From positions 53,134,001 to 53,198,000 of the forward strand of contig NC_135822.1 in NCBI RefSeq assembly GCF_964213995.1: DNA of 64,000 nucleotides, read 5' to 3'. Made by a program: the position numbers and the translations under genes. Below, in pieces: positions 25,001 through 39,550 of this stretch; within the stretch, counting starts at the first letter, position 1, and each line of letters opens with the position of its first letter. Source of the DNA: Mustelus asterias (Eukaryota). The notes beneath the pieces were generated by a model. The model ran no database searches, had not been told where the DNA came from, and saw only the letters and a program-made list of their open reading frames with translations.

Positions 25001-25949
25001 CCCATCCCAATCCATCTAAATATGTTTCAGTCACTGAAATGTCTCCTTGTCAAAAAGCACCGCCTTCTCTCCCTGTGGAGAAACAAAATCGCTGGCAGTG
25101 GAAGAAAACCAAATCTTGTTTTATTCTTCTCTTCTTTCTATCTACCATTTGTTCATTGATTCATTCTTTCCGTGTTCCATTGCTTTTTCCTGTCTTTCCT
25201 CCCTGCTTTAGATAGTCGTCAGTAACGAACAATTGGATTGTCGAATTTCTAATACATTCCTAGTCTAGACCCTAAGTGACATAAAACCAAACAAAAAAAG
25301 AACGTGGACGTACTCAGCAGGTCAGCGAGTCTCTATGGAGAGAGAAACCGAGTTAATGGTTCAGACCAGTGAACTTTCATCAGAACTGATATTCATTTCT
25401 TCCTCATCCGTTTATCCAGCTTGATAGTATCCTGCACCCGCAAATTGGAAGAGGGGGACTCTGGAATAGCAACGTACTTTGTTTATCCAGCTCCACAAAT
25501 CATTAAAAAACAATAGGCATTTCCAAAAAGGAATCATAAAATGCCTTCCAAAGGTGGACTTTGCATCCAAGAAACTGGAATACAAAATGGAGGAAGCCTT
25601 ATTTGAATTGTTACAGAACTACAGGCAGACTGCAGATGGAACACCTCGTTCAGTTTTAAGCAGCACATTTACTAAAGATGATTGGGGCTCAGAGGGAATG
25701 CACAGTGGAATATACTGAATGATTTTGAGGCGTTAAGAGCTAAAGCATGAGGACAGTTTATAAAAGGTTGTCTGCACTCCGCTGGGTAAAAATAATTGAG
25801 GAGTGAACTCATTGAATTGTGAAGCCCCATTCAAAATAGTTCATAATGTAGAAAAAAAAGCATAATTTCCTCCAGTGCAGTAATCCAGATCAAAGATGAA
25901 CGGTTCCAGAATTAAAGGCCAAGTTTTCAGACATAACACCTGGGAAAAC

Positions 25950-26250
25950 TTGAAATTTATTTCTTAGCGTTACAAGTATGCTTACATTAACTCTGCATTG
26001 AAGTTTCTGTGAAAATCCCCTAGCCGCCACACTCCAGCACCTGCTCGGGTACACTGAGGGAGAATTTAGCAAGGCCAATGAACCCAACCAGCACGTGTTT
26101 CTGACTGTGGGAAGAAACCAGGGCACCGGGAGGAATCCCACGCTGACACAGGGAGAACGTGCAGACTCCAGACAGACCGTGACCCAAGCCAGGAATTGAA
26201 CCCGGGTCCCTAGCGCTGTGAGACAGCAGTGCCAACCACTGTGCCACAGT
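25950..26250 (-). mobile_element. V-SINE with alternative (Rex1-like) tail
   Basis: HE1 head and V-domain; tail CATTGCAGTGTTAATGTAAG-like. Confidence 0.8.
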
Positions 26251-26781
26251 GTGCAGTTTAAATTCAAATGATAAATCTGAATTTGAAAAGTATTCTCAAT
26301 AATGGTGACCACGGAATGATGGTGTGCTGTAAAAACCCAACTGACTTAATAATTTCCTTTAGGGAAGGAAATCTGCCATCCTTACACAGTCTGACCTACA
26401 TGTGACTCCGAACCCACAACAATGTGCTTGATTTCTTACTGTGCTAATGGCCTATCGAGCCAATCATTTCAAGGACATTTTGGCATGGGCAACAAATGCT
26501 GACCTTGCCGCCAGCGCCCACATTTCATGAAATAATTTTTAAAACGTCTTTATTCAAATGTAGTGGAAATGTGGAACTTCCTTCAGATGCATCACGGCCT
26601 TATGCTCACGGTTTCCTCAATGATTTGTGATGTAAAGTCAAACAGTCTCGAAATGTTAAATATTTTTCTCTCACTACAGATGCTGTCAGACCTGCTGAGG
26701 TTTCCCAGTTTTATCTTGTTTTGTTCCTGAATAATATGTTTTGCTCAGAGTAAAATTCACCTCCATAATTCACCTACACTA

Positions 26782-27548
26782 CTGCGTAGTGGTCCATTTT
26801 GGCAGGTCAAATGGGATGAAGGAGTACAATATAAAGGGAAAGATTCTTAGTACGGTAGAGGATCAGAAGGACCTTGGGGTCCGGGTCCATAGGACTCTAA
26901 AATCGGCCCCCCAGGTGGAGGAGGTGGTTAAGAACGTGTATGGTGTTCTGGCCTTTATCAATCGAGGGATTGAGTTTAGGAGTCCGGGGATAATGATGCA
27001 GCTATATAAGACCCTCGTCAGACCCCACTTGGAGTACTGTGCTCAGTTCTGGTCGCCTCATTACAGGAAGGATGTGGAAAATATTGAAAGGGTGCAGAGG
27101 AGATTTACAAGGATGTTGCCTGGATTGAGTGGCATGCCTTATGAGGATAGGCTGAGGGAGCTCGGTCTTTTCTCCTTGGAGAGACATAGGATGAGAGGAG
27201 ACCTAATAGAGGTATGGAAGATGTTGAGAGGCATAGATCGGGTGGACTCTCAGAGGCTTTCTCCCAGGGTGGAAATGGCTGCTACGAGAGGACACAGGTT
27301 TAAGGTGCTGGGGAAATGTTAGGGGGAGGTTATTCACACAGAGGGTGGTGGGCGAGTGGAATCGGCTGCCGTCAGTGGTGGTGGAGGCAAACTCAATCGG
27401 GTCTTTTAAAAGACTCCTGGATGAGTATATGGGACTTAATAGGATGGAGGGTTATACGTAGGCCTAAAAGGTAGGGGTATGTTCGGCACAACTTGTGGGG
27501 CCGAAGGGCCTGTTTTGTGCTGTAGTTTTCTATGTTTCTATGTTTCTA
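26782..27548 (+). mobile_element. Young CR1 3' fragment
   Basis: KDLGV..LYKTLVRPHLEYCAQFWSP. Confidence 0.92.
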
Positions 27549-28143
27549 CACATGGAAACCAGCTACCTCTGCTGAGTGAATTTGCTCACCCCCTCAGCAA
27601 CAGGATGTACTGAAATTCTACTCCAGCAGCATGTCCTTCTATTTCTCTCTTCCTCGTGTCTCTATGCAACTTCTCCTGAAAAACAAATACGCTATTCACC
27701 TCAACCCAATTTCTGTAGCAGCGAGGTTTACAACGGACATTCTTGTAAAACAAGTTGTCCCGAATTCCCAGTTAAATGTGTGAATGCCGACATTTTAGTT
27801 GAGGCCTCGTGTTGCTCTTTCACTAAAGTGAAAACATGCTCCCTCTGTCTATTCCATAAACTTCCTTTCTTAATGCTCAAATTATCTATCAGTTCCACTT
27901 CAAACTTCTCTTCAAAAGAAACAAATATATGCAGTCTTCCCTACAACTTACAATCTCTCAGTTCTGGCAACATCCTTGCTATTGTTCCCTTTCACCTTTT
28001 TCCAGTGTTGCTGAATCTAACCTGTCATTTTCATTGTAGCCCTTGGCTTTTATTGTCAATAACATGTTTAGTGGACAAAACAACATGGTACGGCGAACGA
28101 CTGCGCAGAGTTGTCAACGACAGCTGTTTCCTAATGTCTGTGG

Positions 28144-28182
28144 CGTTTTTGTTGAGCTGCTCCATCTCGCTGAGTCACTGTG
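28144..28182 (-). other. 23-RSS
   Basis: CACAGTG + 23 + ACAAAAACG. Confidence 0.92.
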
Positions 28183-28656
28183 AAGACTCCAGGCGCAGGA
28201 ATACACGGCCAAGAGATTCGCCAGCAGGCTGGAGGCATTCAGGGTTAAACTCATTCATATTCGGTCTCACGGCGGTGAAGCCATCCACCGTCCCTTCTGA
28301 ATTCACGCTTTGTACAGTTGCAGAATAAAACATCAGCTGCAGCCCACTGCCCGGATATTGTCTGTACCAGGACATGTAACTGCTACTGGCTCCCGCTGCG
28401 TCACAATCCAGTTTCACTCCATCCCGAGCGTGCATGGAGACAGCGGTGGGAGTCTGGTGGGTCTGCGTTGAGTTCACGTCTGGAAGAGAGATGGAGTGAG
28501 CAGGAAGTTAATAAATAGGCAAATTCTGGTGGTGAAACGGCGCAAGAAAAAAAGAAAACACTTAAAGGAGAAGGAAATAAAATCAGAAGAGATTGTTGTT
28601 CGGAAAAACACGTGACTTACATTGAAAGAACACCGTAAGGCTCAGTAAACACACAT
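28183..28656 (-). pseudogene. TRBV: TRBV30-like pseudogene
   Basis: Leader 28621-28656 is 36 nt (-1, contains a stop). V exon 28183-28479 has a +1 frameshift before ..AVYSCAWSL. Confidence 0.9.
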
Positions 28657-28894
28657 CTTTAATTATAACTTTTACTTGTGTTAGAAAACTGAGCGGAAAC
28701 ATGAAGTATTCTGGGGACTCGACTGGTCTCTGTCGAATCGTTGAGGAAATCTTACAGGCCAAAGGGAACCCCGCCGGCAGAAAGGCACCTCCCTATATGT
28801 ATGATTGGCGAGAAGTGAACCGGTGGGGAGCAGGAAGTGCCAAAGGGAGCAGAAACAGATGAAGCGAAAGCACAAAGCGAACGGGTAAACTATG

Positions 28895-29100
28895 AGCGAG
28901 AAACTCGGCAGGTTTGACAGCATCTGTGGAGAGAATAGAGGGGGGTTTGGAATCTGGATGTCCCTTCGTCCGCTCTGCAAAAGGATAATCCAGACTCGAA
29001 GCGTTGGCTCTATTCTCTCTCCACAGATGCTGTTAGACCTGTTGAGATTTTCCAGCCTTTTCTGCTTTTGTTTCAGATTCCAGCATCTGCAGTATTTTGT
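28895..29100. mobile_element. Penelope-pLTR-derived hairpin repeat (also ~43247-43525, 44800-44900, 48990-49070)
   Basis: CAGCAGGTCTGGCAGCATCTGT / ACAGATGCTGCCAGACCTGCTG inverted arms. Confidence 0.65.
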
Positions 29101-29244
29101 CTTCAGACAAATGAGGCATCGTCCTGAGCAATTTAGAGCGGTACATCTTCTAACTGGCGAGAGGCAAGAAACTGTTAAGAAGGAAAGAAGTTCAGCTTCA
29201 TGAATCACAAAACCAGGTAGACCTGGAAAAAAAGATTTCAAATG

Positions 29245-30110
29245 TCAAATGTTGATATAAATCGGTTGGAGACTTGGGCGGTGAGATGGCAGATTGTATC
29301 TGCCCAAGGTGAATCCGTCCAGTTTAATCGGGACAAATGTGAGGTAATGCATTTTGGAAGGTCTAATACAGATAGGAAATATACAGTAAATGGCAGAACC
29401 CTGATGAGTATTGATAGGCAGTTGGATCTGGGTGTAGAGGTACACAAGTCACTGAAAGTAACAACGCAGGTGGAGAATGTAGTTAAGAAGGCATACGGCA
29501 TGCTTGCCTTCATCGACCGGGGTATTGAGTTTAAAAATTGGCAAGTCATGTTGCCGCTTTATAGAACCTTCGTTAGGCCGCACTTGGAATATAGTGTTCA
29601 ATTCTGGTCGCCACACTACCAGAAGGATGTGGAGGCTTTGGAGAGGGTATAGGAAAGATTTACCAGGATGCTGCCTGGTATGGAGGGCATACTCTCACTG
29701 GAACGACGGAGGTAGAGGAGCGACCTGATAGACGTCTACAAGATTATGAGGTGCATGGACAGAGTGGATAGTCAAAGCTTTTTCCCAGGGTGAAAGAGTC
29801 AATTATTTGGGGGCATATGTTTAAGGTGTGAGGGGCAAGGTTTAAAAGAGATGCATGCGGCAAAATTGTTACACAGAGGGTGGTGGGTGCCTGGAACTCG
29901 CTGCCGGGGGAGGTAGTGGAAGCAGATACGGCAGTGACTTTTAAGGGACGTCTGGACAAATACATGAATAGGATGGGAATAGAGGGATATGATCCCCGGA
30001 AGGGTAGGGGGTTTTAGTTCAGTCGCGCAGCATGGCCGGTGCAAGTTTGGAGGGCAAAATGGGCCTCTTCCTGTACTGTAATTTTCTTTGTTCTTTTCTT
30101 TGTTCTTTGT
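29245..30110 (+). mobile_element. CR1 3' fragment
   Basis: KCEVMHFGR..DLGV..RPHLEYSVQFWSP. Confidence 0.9.
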
Positions 30111-31109
30111 TCAAATTCTAATCGAATGCTATCACTTTCGCCATGGGAACTGGAATAGCAAACGGAGGACGTTTTCCTTAAATAGTAACAGAACTCTGGA
30201 ACGTTGCGCTCAGATCTGGATTCCACATCCAGAAGGATATAGGGATTGATAGGAGGGATTGCGAAATTGATTCACCTGCATGATACGGGGGCTTGTTTTA
30301 CAATCATGGGCGTCGCTGACAAGGGCACCAAATGTTGCCCATCCCGAATTGCCCCTGCATTGAGTGGTATTTCAGAGGCAGTTAAGAGTCAACTACATTG
30401 GTCTGGCGTCAAATGCTTTTACAACAATCGACAATTATTCCGTGGGCAGCATTACATAAACCGGCTTTCAACTCCAAGGTTTGTTTTTATTAATTGAATT
30501 CAAATTCCATTAGCTGCTAGGGTGAGTTCTGAACATTTCCCGCAAGAGCCTGAAACACTGGACTAGTGGTTCAGTGACATTAACACTACCCAACGGACTG
30601 CACCGGAATCAATCAAAATCTCATAAAGACAGCTTGTCTGCGTTCCTTTGTGTTCAGGAGTTTGAGGGACGGGTGAACAGATTTACATTTTTGGTATTTT
30701 ATAAGGAGAACCTGAGGTCAACTGAATAAGGTACTGCAGAGTTGGGAGTCAGCACAATAGAATGTCATAGTTAGGGCCGGACCATTCAGAGGAGAGGACA
30801 GGAAACATCCCTTCACACAGAGTTTGGGGAAATCTGGAACATTTCCCCACAAAGGATGGTCGATGGCTGGTGGTTAAATGGACATTTCAAGACAAAGATT
30901 GATATAGACTTCTTGGTTAATGCGTTGAGAAATGTGGACTGAGGTGGGCGAGTACCCATCAGCTATGATCTCATTGTATAGCATTGCGGTAATGTCACTG
31001 GACTGGTAATCCAGAGGTTAATGCTCCTCGGGGCCCATATCCAACCACGGCAGTTGGCGAAATTTCATCACAATGCATTAGTACCTCTCTGGAACCGTAA
31101 GCAAGGAAA

Positions 31110-32710
31110 CCTCATGCTGATTGCCACCTACTGCCATCAACCCACCCCGCAATGATGAATCAATTCTCCTCCATGTCGGAATGCCAGTTGACACTCTCAG
31201 CGTGGCAAGAGCAGACACTGTACCCTGGATGGGGATCTTCAAATTCCAGCGCCATTGCGGGTTGGTAGCACCATTGCTGGCCGGATCGTAAAGGTCATAG
31301 CTGCTAGGCTGAGCCTGCAAGAGGTGTTGAGAGAACCAATAAGAGAGCAAAGCCTATTTGAATTCACCGTTGCCAAGCTACAATACTAATGGATTACAAA
31401 AAAATCTGCTGGATGAAAACTGCATGAGGCATTGTGGGTCATCAGCAGTAGTAGAATTCTATACAACTACAATCTGTAACCGCACTCTCCCATTATCGCC
31501 AAACTGGAAGATCATTCCGGGAGTTTAATGAACTGTGCAGGAGGGCCTACCAAGATCAGCACCTGATAAAGGTTAAATGAGCTGTCAACCTGGCGAAGTC
31601 ACAACACAGGATTACTTGCATGCCAAACTGCGAAACAGATTTAACTTACAGAACTTAGTGAACCCACAACTAACAGATCTGCTCTAAACTCTGCAATCCT
31701 GCTACAACTTGTCATGAAGGCTAGTAGACAATTAAACAAAATACGAGAGAAGAATGTGCCACAAACATTCCGTCCTCAATGTTGGGGGAGCCCACCAGAT
31801 CAGTGCAAAAGATAGGGCTGAATCATTCACAAATATCTTCAGCCAGAGGTAACGCGTGGAAGATCCAGCGTCCTCCTCAGGAGGTCCCAGCATCGCAGTA
31901 GCCAATTCCATTCACTGCATGCAATATCAAGAAACGGCGGAAGGCACAGATTGCTGAAGAGGCAATGGCCGGGACAACATTCTAGCAACAGCAATCAAGA
32001 CTTGTGTTCCAGTACTAGCTGCTCCCCTCCCCAAGCTAGTCCAGTATAGCTTTAACACTGGCATCTACGCAGCAATGTGGAAAATTGCTCAGATAAGCCT
32101 GGGCAACGAGAAGAAGGACAAACACAACGACCATAATTACTGTGCTATCTGTGTATTCTCAATCATCAGCAAAATGATTGGAGGTATCCTAAAAAATGCT
32201 GCCATGCACCACTTTCACAGCAATAGCCTGCACCAACAGATCGCATTTCTTAATTTCACTCACTTTCTGTTCTTATTACAGTCTTGCTCCAGATATGGGT
32301 CAAAGAGATTAATGCAAAATGCGAGGTGAATGCAAAATGCGAGGTACTTGACATCTGCCTTACATCAAAAAAGCCTGGCGAAACTGAAATCAATGGACTC
32401 CACTGGCTGGAGTCATATTGAGCACAAAGGAAAACGTCTGTAGGTGTTGAAGCTCAGTCATCTCAGTCCGAGATCATTGCTTCAAGAGTTTCCCGGGCCA
32501 ACCCATCTTCAGCTCATTCATTAATCAGCCTCCCTCCATCACAAGGTAGGAAGTGGCGATGTTCACTGATAATTATACAATGTTCAGCACCATTCATGAT
32601 TTTTCAGTGACTGAAGCATTCCCATGGACAGCAAGACTTGGGCAACATTGGGCTGTCGAGTGGTACGTAATATTCGCGCCATACAAATGTCAGACAATCA
32701 CCGCTTACAG
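31110..32710 (+). mobile_element. Degraded L2/CR1-group LINE (APE + RT remnants)
   Basis: KTCVPVLAAPLPKLVQYSFNTGIY..MWKIAQ..NYCAICVFSIISKM. Confidence 0.65.
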
Positions 32711-33014
32711 AGAGAATCCTTCTGTTCCCCTGTTCCGATTAAGCCGTGTTCTCGGAGCTGCTGTGTTCTAATGGTCCCAGAGCGCCCTCATCCGACGTTG
32801 TGGAAAAAGGCAAGATAAACTCGGTATAAAATGGTTTTCCTTGCTCTGTTTTTTCCCTTTCGTTCCCTATTCCTTTTTATATGTCTTATCCAGAACCTAC
32901 TTCACCCGTCCCTGCAAACCAGCGTCAACTGCTAACTGAATGTGTTACTCGCTTCAGTACAGGATGGGTTAATGTTTCACTGCATCAGCAGATCTTTCTA
33001 TTCCTTTCTTTCTC

Positions 33015-33424
33015 GATGTGGAGTTGCCGGCGTTGGACTGGGGTAGGCAAAGTAAGTAGCCTCACAACAGCAGGTTAAAGTCCAACAGGTTTATTTAGTA
33101 GCACGAGCCTTCGGAGCGTTGCCCCTTCATCAGGTGAGTGAATGAAGAATTCGGTTCACAAACAGGGCATACATAGACACAAACTCAATTACAAGATAAT
33201 GGTTGGAATGCGAGTCTTAACAGGTAATCAAGTCTTTACAGGTACAGACAATGCGAGTGGAGAGAGGGTTAAGCACAGGTTAAAGAGGTGTAAATTGTCT
33301 CCAGCCAGGACAGTTAGTGAGATTCTGCAAGCCCAGGCAAGTCGTGGGGGTTACAGAGAGTGTGACATAAACCCAAGATCCCGGTTGAGGCCGTCCTCAT
33401 GTGTGCGGAACATGGCTATCAGTT
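33015..33424 (-). mobile_element. Penelope 3' end and pLTR
   Basis: Reverse-complement homology to 17260-17620. Confidence 0.85.
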
Positions 33425-33900
33425 TATTTCTTTCTCGTGCGTTTATCCAGCTTCCACCGTAAATACATCTGCGCTATTCGCCTAAAACCACACCCTGCGG
33501 TGGCGAGTTCCACACTCTCAGACCTTCTGTGTTAAAAAGACTCTCCCTAGTTCGCAGTGAAACTTATGAGTGATAAATTTTACTTCCAAAGTTCCGTTTG
33601 ACCTTCCATTCAAATGAAAATACCTTCTCTACATCTATCCTATCAAACCCCTGTCAGAGATTCATGACCATTATCAGGTTAAACATGTTCCATCTTTCCT
33701 GATAATGCAAAATTCTCAGAACTGGTAACATCTCTGCTAAATTTTATTTTCACCGTCCCCAGCACTCGCGAAACGAGTCACTTACTTCCATTCTAACGCT
33801 TCTCCAGATTGTCAAAACCATATTCGCTCTGCAAAGAAGGATCGCAGTGGCTCGGAACCCCGCAGTTTTGTCTCGATCATATCTTGCCTGCTGTCATTGG

Positions 33901-33939
33901 GGTTTTTGATGAACTATTCCATCTCTCTGAGTCACTGTG
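33901..33939 (-). other. 23-RSS
   Basis: CACAGTG + 23 + TCAAAAACC. Confidence 0.95.
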
Positions 33940-34402
33940 AATACTCCAGGCGCAGTAATACACGGCCGAGTGATCCACCCGCAGGCTGGAAGAATTCAGG
34001 TTGAACTTAGAGTCACTAGGTCTCTCGGCGCTGAAACTGTCCGCCGCCCCCGGTGGATTTACGCTGTTGGTACCTATGGAGTAAAACATGATCTCTGGCT
34101 CCTCTCCCGAGTTTTGTCTGTACCAGTATAGGTTCGGGTTGCTGGTCCCCTCCACAGTGCACTCCAGGTTCGCACCCTCCCCAGGAAATTTGGAGACAGC
34201 GGCGGGAGTCTGACGAATATTCTGCGAGTTCACTTCTAGGAAAGAGAGAGGGAAATGAAGTCAGTAAATGAGCACAGTGTCAGCAGCGAAGAGAGAAAGA
34301 GAGGACAGACAACAGTGGAAGAAATAATGATTATTAGTCATTTGTATTTTAAATAAGTTTCTTACGGTGAAACCAGACGATTAGTCCCAGAAACAAATGC
34401 AT
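33940..34402 (-). CDS. TRBV: Apparently functional TCR beta V gene, TRBV30-like
   Basis: Leader 34366-34402 (MHLFLGLIVWFH) with GT/AG intron, in frame with V exon 33940-34235 SQNIRQTP..LECTVEGTSNPNLYWYRQ..SAVYYCAWSI; good RSS. Confidence 0.93.
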
Positions 34403-36491
34403 CTTTATTAGGAATTTCCCTTTCAGTAAAAAGAGGTGTAACAACAAGAGTGGAGTTGTGCAAGAACCCGCTCTTTTCACATCATTGCAAGAAAAATGTA
34501 ATGTTGAAACGTTTTATACGCCCCCTTCCTCGGTCAAACCAATCAGAATGGCTGAGTTGCTAAGTACCCGTGATTGACAGGGTTGACTGAGGTTACATTC
34601 TCAAGAACCGCGTCGGTCACTCCGTATTTAACCGAATTCAATAATCGCATCTGGGTTTCCCAGAAGGCTTATGCGAATCCAGATTTACATTCACGATGTG
34701 ACAAATGTCTAAAGAATTGAACCACGTTGCTCGAAGAGAAGGCTTTTAGGGGCCAACGGCGGAGAATGTAACATGCGGAGTTACACATCACGATTGGTTC
34801 ATTCTTTGCCCTATGATGACGAAGAGGATTGAATGATTCCGCCTTGAGGGAGGCCCCGTTATATTCAGGATGCACGTAACTCATCCTCGCTCAGAGGCGC
34901 CATTCAGTGAAATCGGTTGTGAATATTCGCAGATGTGGAGTTCTGTGTATGGGTGAGCTTGTACCGCACGCATTTCTGTCTGTCTCTCCCTCCGACGTTC
35001 AGCCTCTGTCTCGCACTTTACTCTCTGTTGCTCTTTCTTTACGTTGTCCCTCTCTGTCTTCCTTTTTAACCTCCATCCCTGTCTCTCAGTCTGCCTCAGT
35101 CACCGCCCCCACCGGCTCCCCCTCCCCCGCCCCTCCCCCCATCTCTCTCTGTTTATCGCTTCATTTTTTCTAATTCTGTAAGAATCTCCCAGTCTTTCTT
35201 ATATATCCAGTTGACTTCTTTGCTCTCTCTCTCTGCATCTCTCTATCTCTCTCTTTGACTTCTTCTTACTTGCACGCGTTTTCTTTGTGTCTCTCTCCTC
35301 TGTGTTGCCACCTCTGGCTTCTTCTGTCTCCCTTCTTCAATCGCTCACTCTCCATTTATCCGCCTGTCGCTCGCTTCTTGTCTAATTTTCCTGGTTGCTC
35401 TCTCACTTTCTAGTCTGCGGAAAAATCTTTTAAAGATAGAGAGAATACAAAGAGGATTCGCCAGAAAAACATTCGGCTCATAGAATTAAATCATGGGTAC
35501 CGTTTGCTTAGGTGCTTCTGCATTTCTTTGACAATATAAGTTTGAGAGGAGAATGAATGATATTACATGTAAACATTTTCCAAAGCGTTTACAACGTTAA
35601 TAATTTGGTACGATTTCATCTCGTGGTTCAGCGCTGAACAGCCAGACTCATGTTCACCACTCTTCAGACGTGAGGCAAGTAAGTAGTTGTGACACAAAAG
35701 GCAGTGGAAATCTGGAACCCTCTCCCACAATACAGTCAATGCGGATGGTCAATTGGACAGTTCAAGAGTGAGATTGATAGATTTTGTTGGGTCAGGAACG
35801 GTTATTGGAGACTGGGAGAGGGAAGTCAGGTATAGATAAACTCTCATCTAATTCTATAGAGGAGCAGACTGGCATGGTGGTGTTCACCATTCCTTCCTGT
35901 TTCTATTGAAGTCTCACACCAACCTCCTCCAGTTCCTCTGTAATTGGATAAAGGCTATGAACGATTTCATTCATCCCTGTGTAACAGACTCAGCGCAGTG
36001 GGGATTGAATGTATAACAGGCTTTAGAGGGGTTTAATGGGCTAACCCTGTTCCAGTATAAGAGGCTACAGAGGGGTTGAATGTTTCGGTGTAAAATGAGG
36101 AGCCTTCTGTTCCTCTAAAACAGGTCTATCCAATGATATTTGTGCAGGATGCGCACAATTCGATTTCTTTGTCGCTCAAGAGGTCGATGAGTAATGTCCA
36201 GAAATAGAAAGTTTGGTGTAAACGGGACATGGCCTTGGTGGGATTGTTGTTGGTGCAGTCTCGATGTGCCGGATGGCTTCCTTCTCTACTGTAAGGACTC
36301 TATGATTCTATTAACGATTTTTTTTAAACATCGAAGCAAATGCCTTACAAGGCCTCCAGTTGCTTAGCAACGACTGCTGCTGCTATTATTTCTTCATGTC
36401 ATAACCCTGTCCAAACACGATAGAATAACAGTTGAAATTGAATTCAACCCCATGCGTACAAGCAATTTCGACCAACATCAATCTAACATTA

Positions 36492-36812
36492 GGGCCGGCA
36501 AGATGGCACAATGATTAGCATTGCTGCCTCACAGCGCCAAGGACCCGATTTCTATTCCCAGCTTGGCTCACTGTCTGTGTGGAGTTTGCACGTTCTCCCC
36601 GTGTCTGCGTGGGTTTGCTCCGGGTGCTCCTGTTTCCTCCCAAAGTCCAAACATGTGCAGTTCAGTGAATTGGCCATGCCAAATTACACCTTAGTGTCAG
36701 GGGGACCAGCTAAGGTAAATGAATGGGGTTATGGGGTTGGGCCCGATTGGATTGTGGTCCGTGCATACTCGATGGGCCAAATAGCTTGCTTCTGCACTGT
36801 ATGATTCTATGA
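36492..36812 (+). mobile_element. HE1/V-SINE
   Basis: Head, V-domain and GATTCTAT tail. Confidence 0.85.
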
Positions 36813-37859
36813 TTAGCTTTTATTCTTCCAGTCACAAAAATATTAAATAAAACGCACTTAAAGACATGCCTTATTACAAAGGCTTACCAATATAAACAGA
36901 AATCCATTAAAACTACCTTGTTTGCCCCTAACACTTGACTCTCATGCAAGGGAGGCAACATACCAAGTCATACTTAAGTCACGTCTACAGCCACAGTAAG
37001 GCCTATCTGTTCCCCTAATGATTCTTCGCTGACTAGTGCTGCCCTCCAACATCCTCTCCTCCTGTTCAGCTAAGCTATTCATGGTGTCACAACCTGGGTC
37101 TGACTTCACTCCTCTGAGGAACTAGCAGCTTCACCATCTTCCAAGACGGAAAACAGATTTCTCAGCTGGACACCATGGGGCTCCTACACGACCTGCCTAG
37201 TTCTCTTGGACTGCTTGGAGGTCACCCATTTCCTCTCTGCCTCCAGGCTCTTAAGAAAATATGTGGCCAACTTTCCGACAGTGTTATCCACGTAGCTCTC
37301 AGTCTCTCTGATGCTCTACAGTGTTGTCCAGCTGCAGTCCAAGCTCTGAAACCCTGAGCTCAGAGTTCTGCAGCTTGCAACACTTCCTGCACAAACGGTC
37401 ATCTAGCACACAACTAAAGTCCATGGCTTTACACAAAATACAGTACGGGCAGCCGTCTCAATGAGCTGATCTGTCATTTCTTAGCTTTAGTGGGATTATT
37501 TGCAATTACCTTATAATGTTGGTGTTAATTCTCCCTTATTCCATACGTTGCTTTTTCACACTGTCCCTTACACTGAGACCTTAGCAGCCACTCAACTTAC
37601 TAGTTTCCTTGCAGTTGCAGTCCGTGCAACACCTGCCCCTTTACTTCCTCTTTCTTCATCATTTGAGAGCCTGGACACTCTTTCAGTTGAAGCAGCATTT
37701 CACAAGCAGCTCCGTCTATCTACTCTAATGGATGTTCTGCTCCTGATGCAGTCTCCTTTACATTGGGAGGTTACTGCGGACTTGGTGCTCACTTTGCAAA
37801 ACATATCCGCTTTTCCCATAAACATGACTAAACCTTCATTTTATTTGCCATTTTAATTC

Positions 37860-38430
37860 AGCATGTTGCTCTCTTGCACACATTTTCATTCTCGCCTTCT
37901 GAAATGTTCCCGTGAAGCCCAATGCAAACTGGGGTATGAGTACCTCATCTTCCAATTGGGCACTTTACAGTCCTCAGGACTCAACATTGAATTCAATAAC
38001 TTTAGACGGTGACCTTTCTGCTCCATCTTGTCCCCATATTTAATCCAAACGGTTTCTGTCTCAAAAGAGCTCCTCTGCCCCAGATGGCCATCTGTCACTT
38101 ATTCTTTGGTTTATCTTTCATTCAGCACTGACCTTTGTTCTCCCATTAAAACATTCCAATATCTTACTTTGATATCACAATCAGTGCCTTTTATAGTGCG
38201 TCATGCCGTCAACTACACTTCCTCTGTCTCATGTCTGACACATCTTTGTTGCAATCTCTCCCAACTCACCAATCACTGTCTATCTACTCTGCTCCAGCTC
38301 TTCCACCCCCTCATATACTTTTTAATCCACCATATTTCTCTTTAATTGTGATGAAGAGTCACGTGGACAATATTTTCTCTCTCCTCAGATGCTGCCAGAT
38401 GTGATGAGTTTTTCCAGCATTTTCTATTTT
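37860..38430 (+). mobile_element. Penelope GIY-YIG C-terminus and pLTR, degraded
   Basis: YLIFQLGTLQSSGLNIEFNNF. Confidence 0.7.
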
Positions 38431-39034
38431 TATTTATAGGTGTTTATTGTGCCTCACAGTTGTTTTTGATTTCCCCGCTTCTTCAGGCTAGCTGAAATAT
38501 TCACCAAATAAGAACCCTCTTCTCCTCCAGCAAGGCAAAACCACTTCCTGATGGCAAAGAAAGTTATAGAGCAAAAGGAAACTCTTTCTCCCATGCACTG
38601 AATTCCCACTTTGAAACATTCTCAGTTCTACTCATCTGGTCTTTGTCTCAGTCAGGTAGAATCTCCCTCACTGACCGTGCGCCATACTGGCCCTTACTTG
38701 TTAGTTCTCATATTTATATTTCTCCTTAGTTTCTTGTCAGAGTTAATACCGCTTCTCTTTAATGCTGGTCTCCAGTTTTGAACCCCCACAGCGGGAGCAT
38801 ATTCTTCCAGGCGACTTCTATTTTCTAAAGGAATACAGCCTACCTCTTCAGATTTCCCTGTTATTTATAATCTCTCAGTTCTGGTATGAGCCTTATAAAT
38901 AGTCGAGCATTCAACAAATGCCTCGACATCTAACCCGTCACTCTTAATCTGTCTAAAAAGTTTTATCTGTAAAATAAACCGCGCCAGAACGTGAGCAGTT
39001 TTCTCATTCGCAGCTGTTTCCTGCTGCCGTTGGG

Positions 39035-39550
39035 TTTTTTTGTTGAACTGCTCCATCTCCCCTGAGTCACTGTGAAGAATCCAGACACAGTCATACACGG
39101 CCGGGTTATTCACCCGTAGGCTGGGGGAATTCAGGTTGAACTCAGAGCCACTCAGTCGCTTGGCGGAGAAACTGTCCACCGTCCCCTGCGGATTCACAAA
39201 GAGTATAGCTGCAGAATAAAATATCAACTGCAGCCCCCTCCCCGGGTATTTTCTGTACCAGAATATGGAACCGATACTTGCTCCCTCCACACTGCATTCC
39301 AACTCCACTCTCTCTCCAAGATATCTGGAAACAGCTGGGGGTGTCTGATGGATTGTCTCTGAGTTCACATCTGGAGAAGAAATCGGGAGAGGAGATCAAG
39401 GAAGAGGATATTATTATGCGGAAGGAGGGAAGGAAAGAAGGAACTGGAAAAAAGGAAGAAAAATAGATAATGGCAGATGGTAACAAAACATGTTTCCTGA
39501 AAAAAATACTTACACTGAAATAAAATCAGCAGCCTCAGTAACAGAAACGT
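39035..39550 (-). pseudogene. TRBV: TRBV30-like ORF/pseudogene
   Basis: V exon 39075-39370 is open but ends AVYDCVWIL. Leader 39514-39550 starts with ACG, with an in-frame TAA upstream. RSS is CACAGTG + 24 nt + ACAAAAAAA. Confidence 0.88.

Noticed and set aside
27576-28328. 250-aa plus-strand ORF
   Set aside because: Antisense to a V pseudogene and old CR1 debris; no domain.
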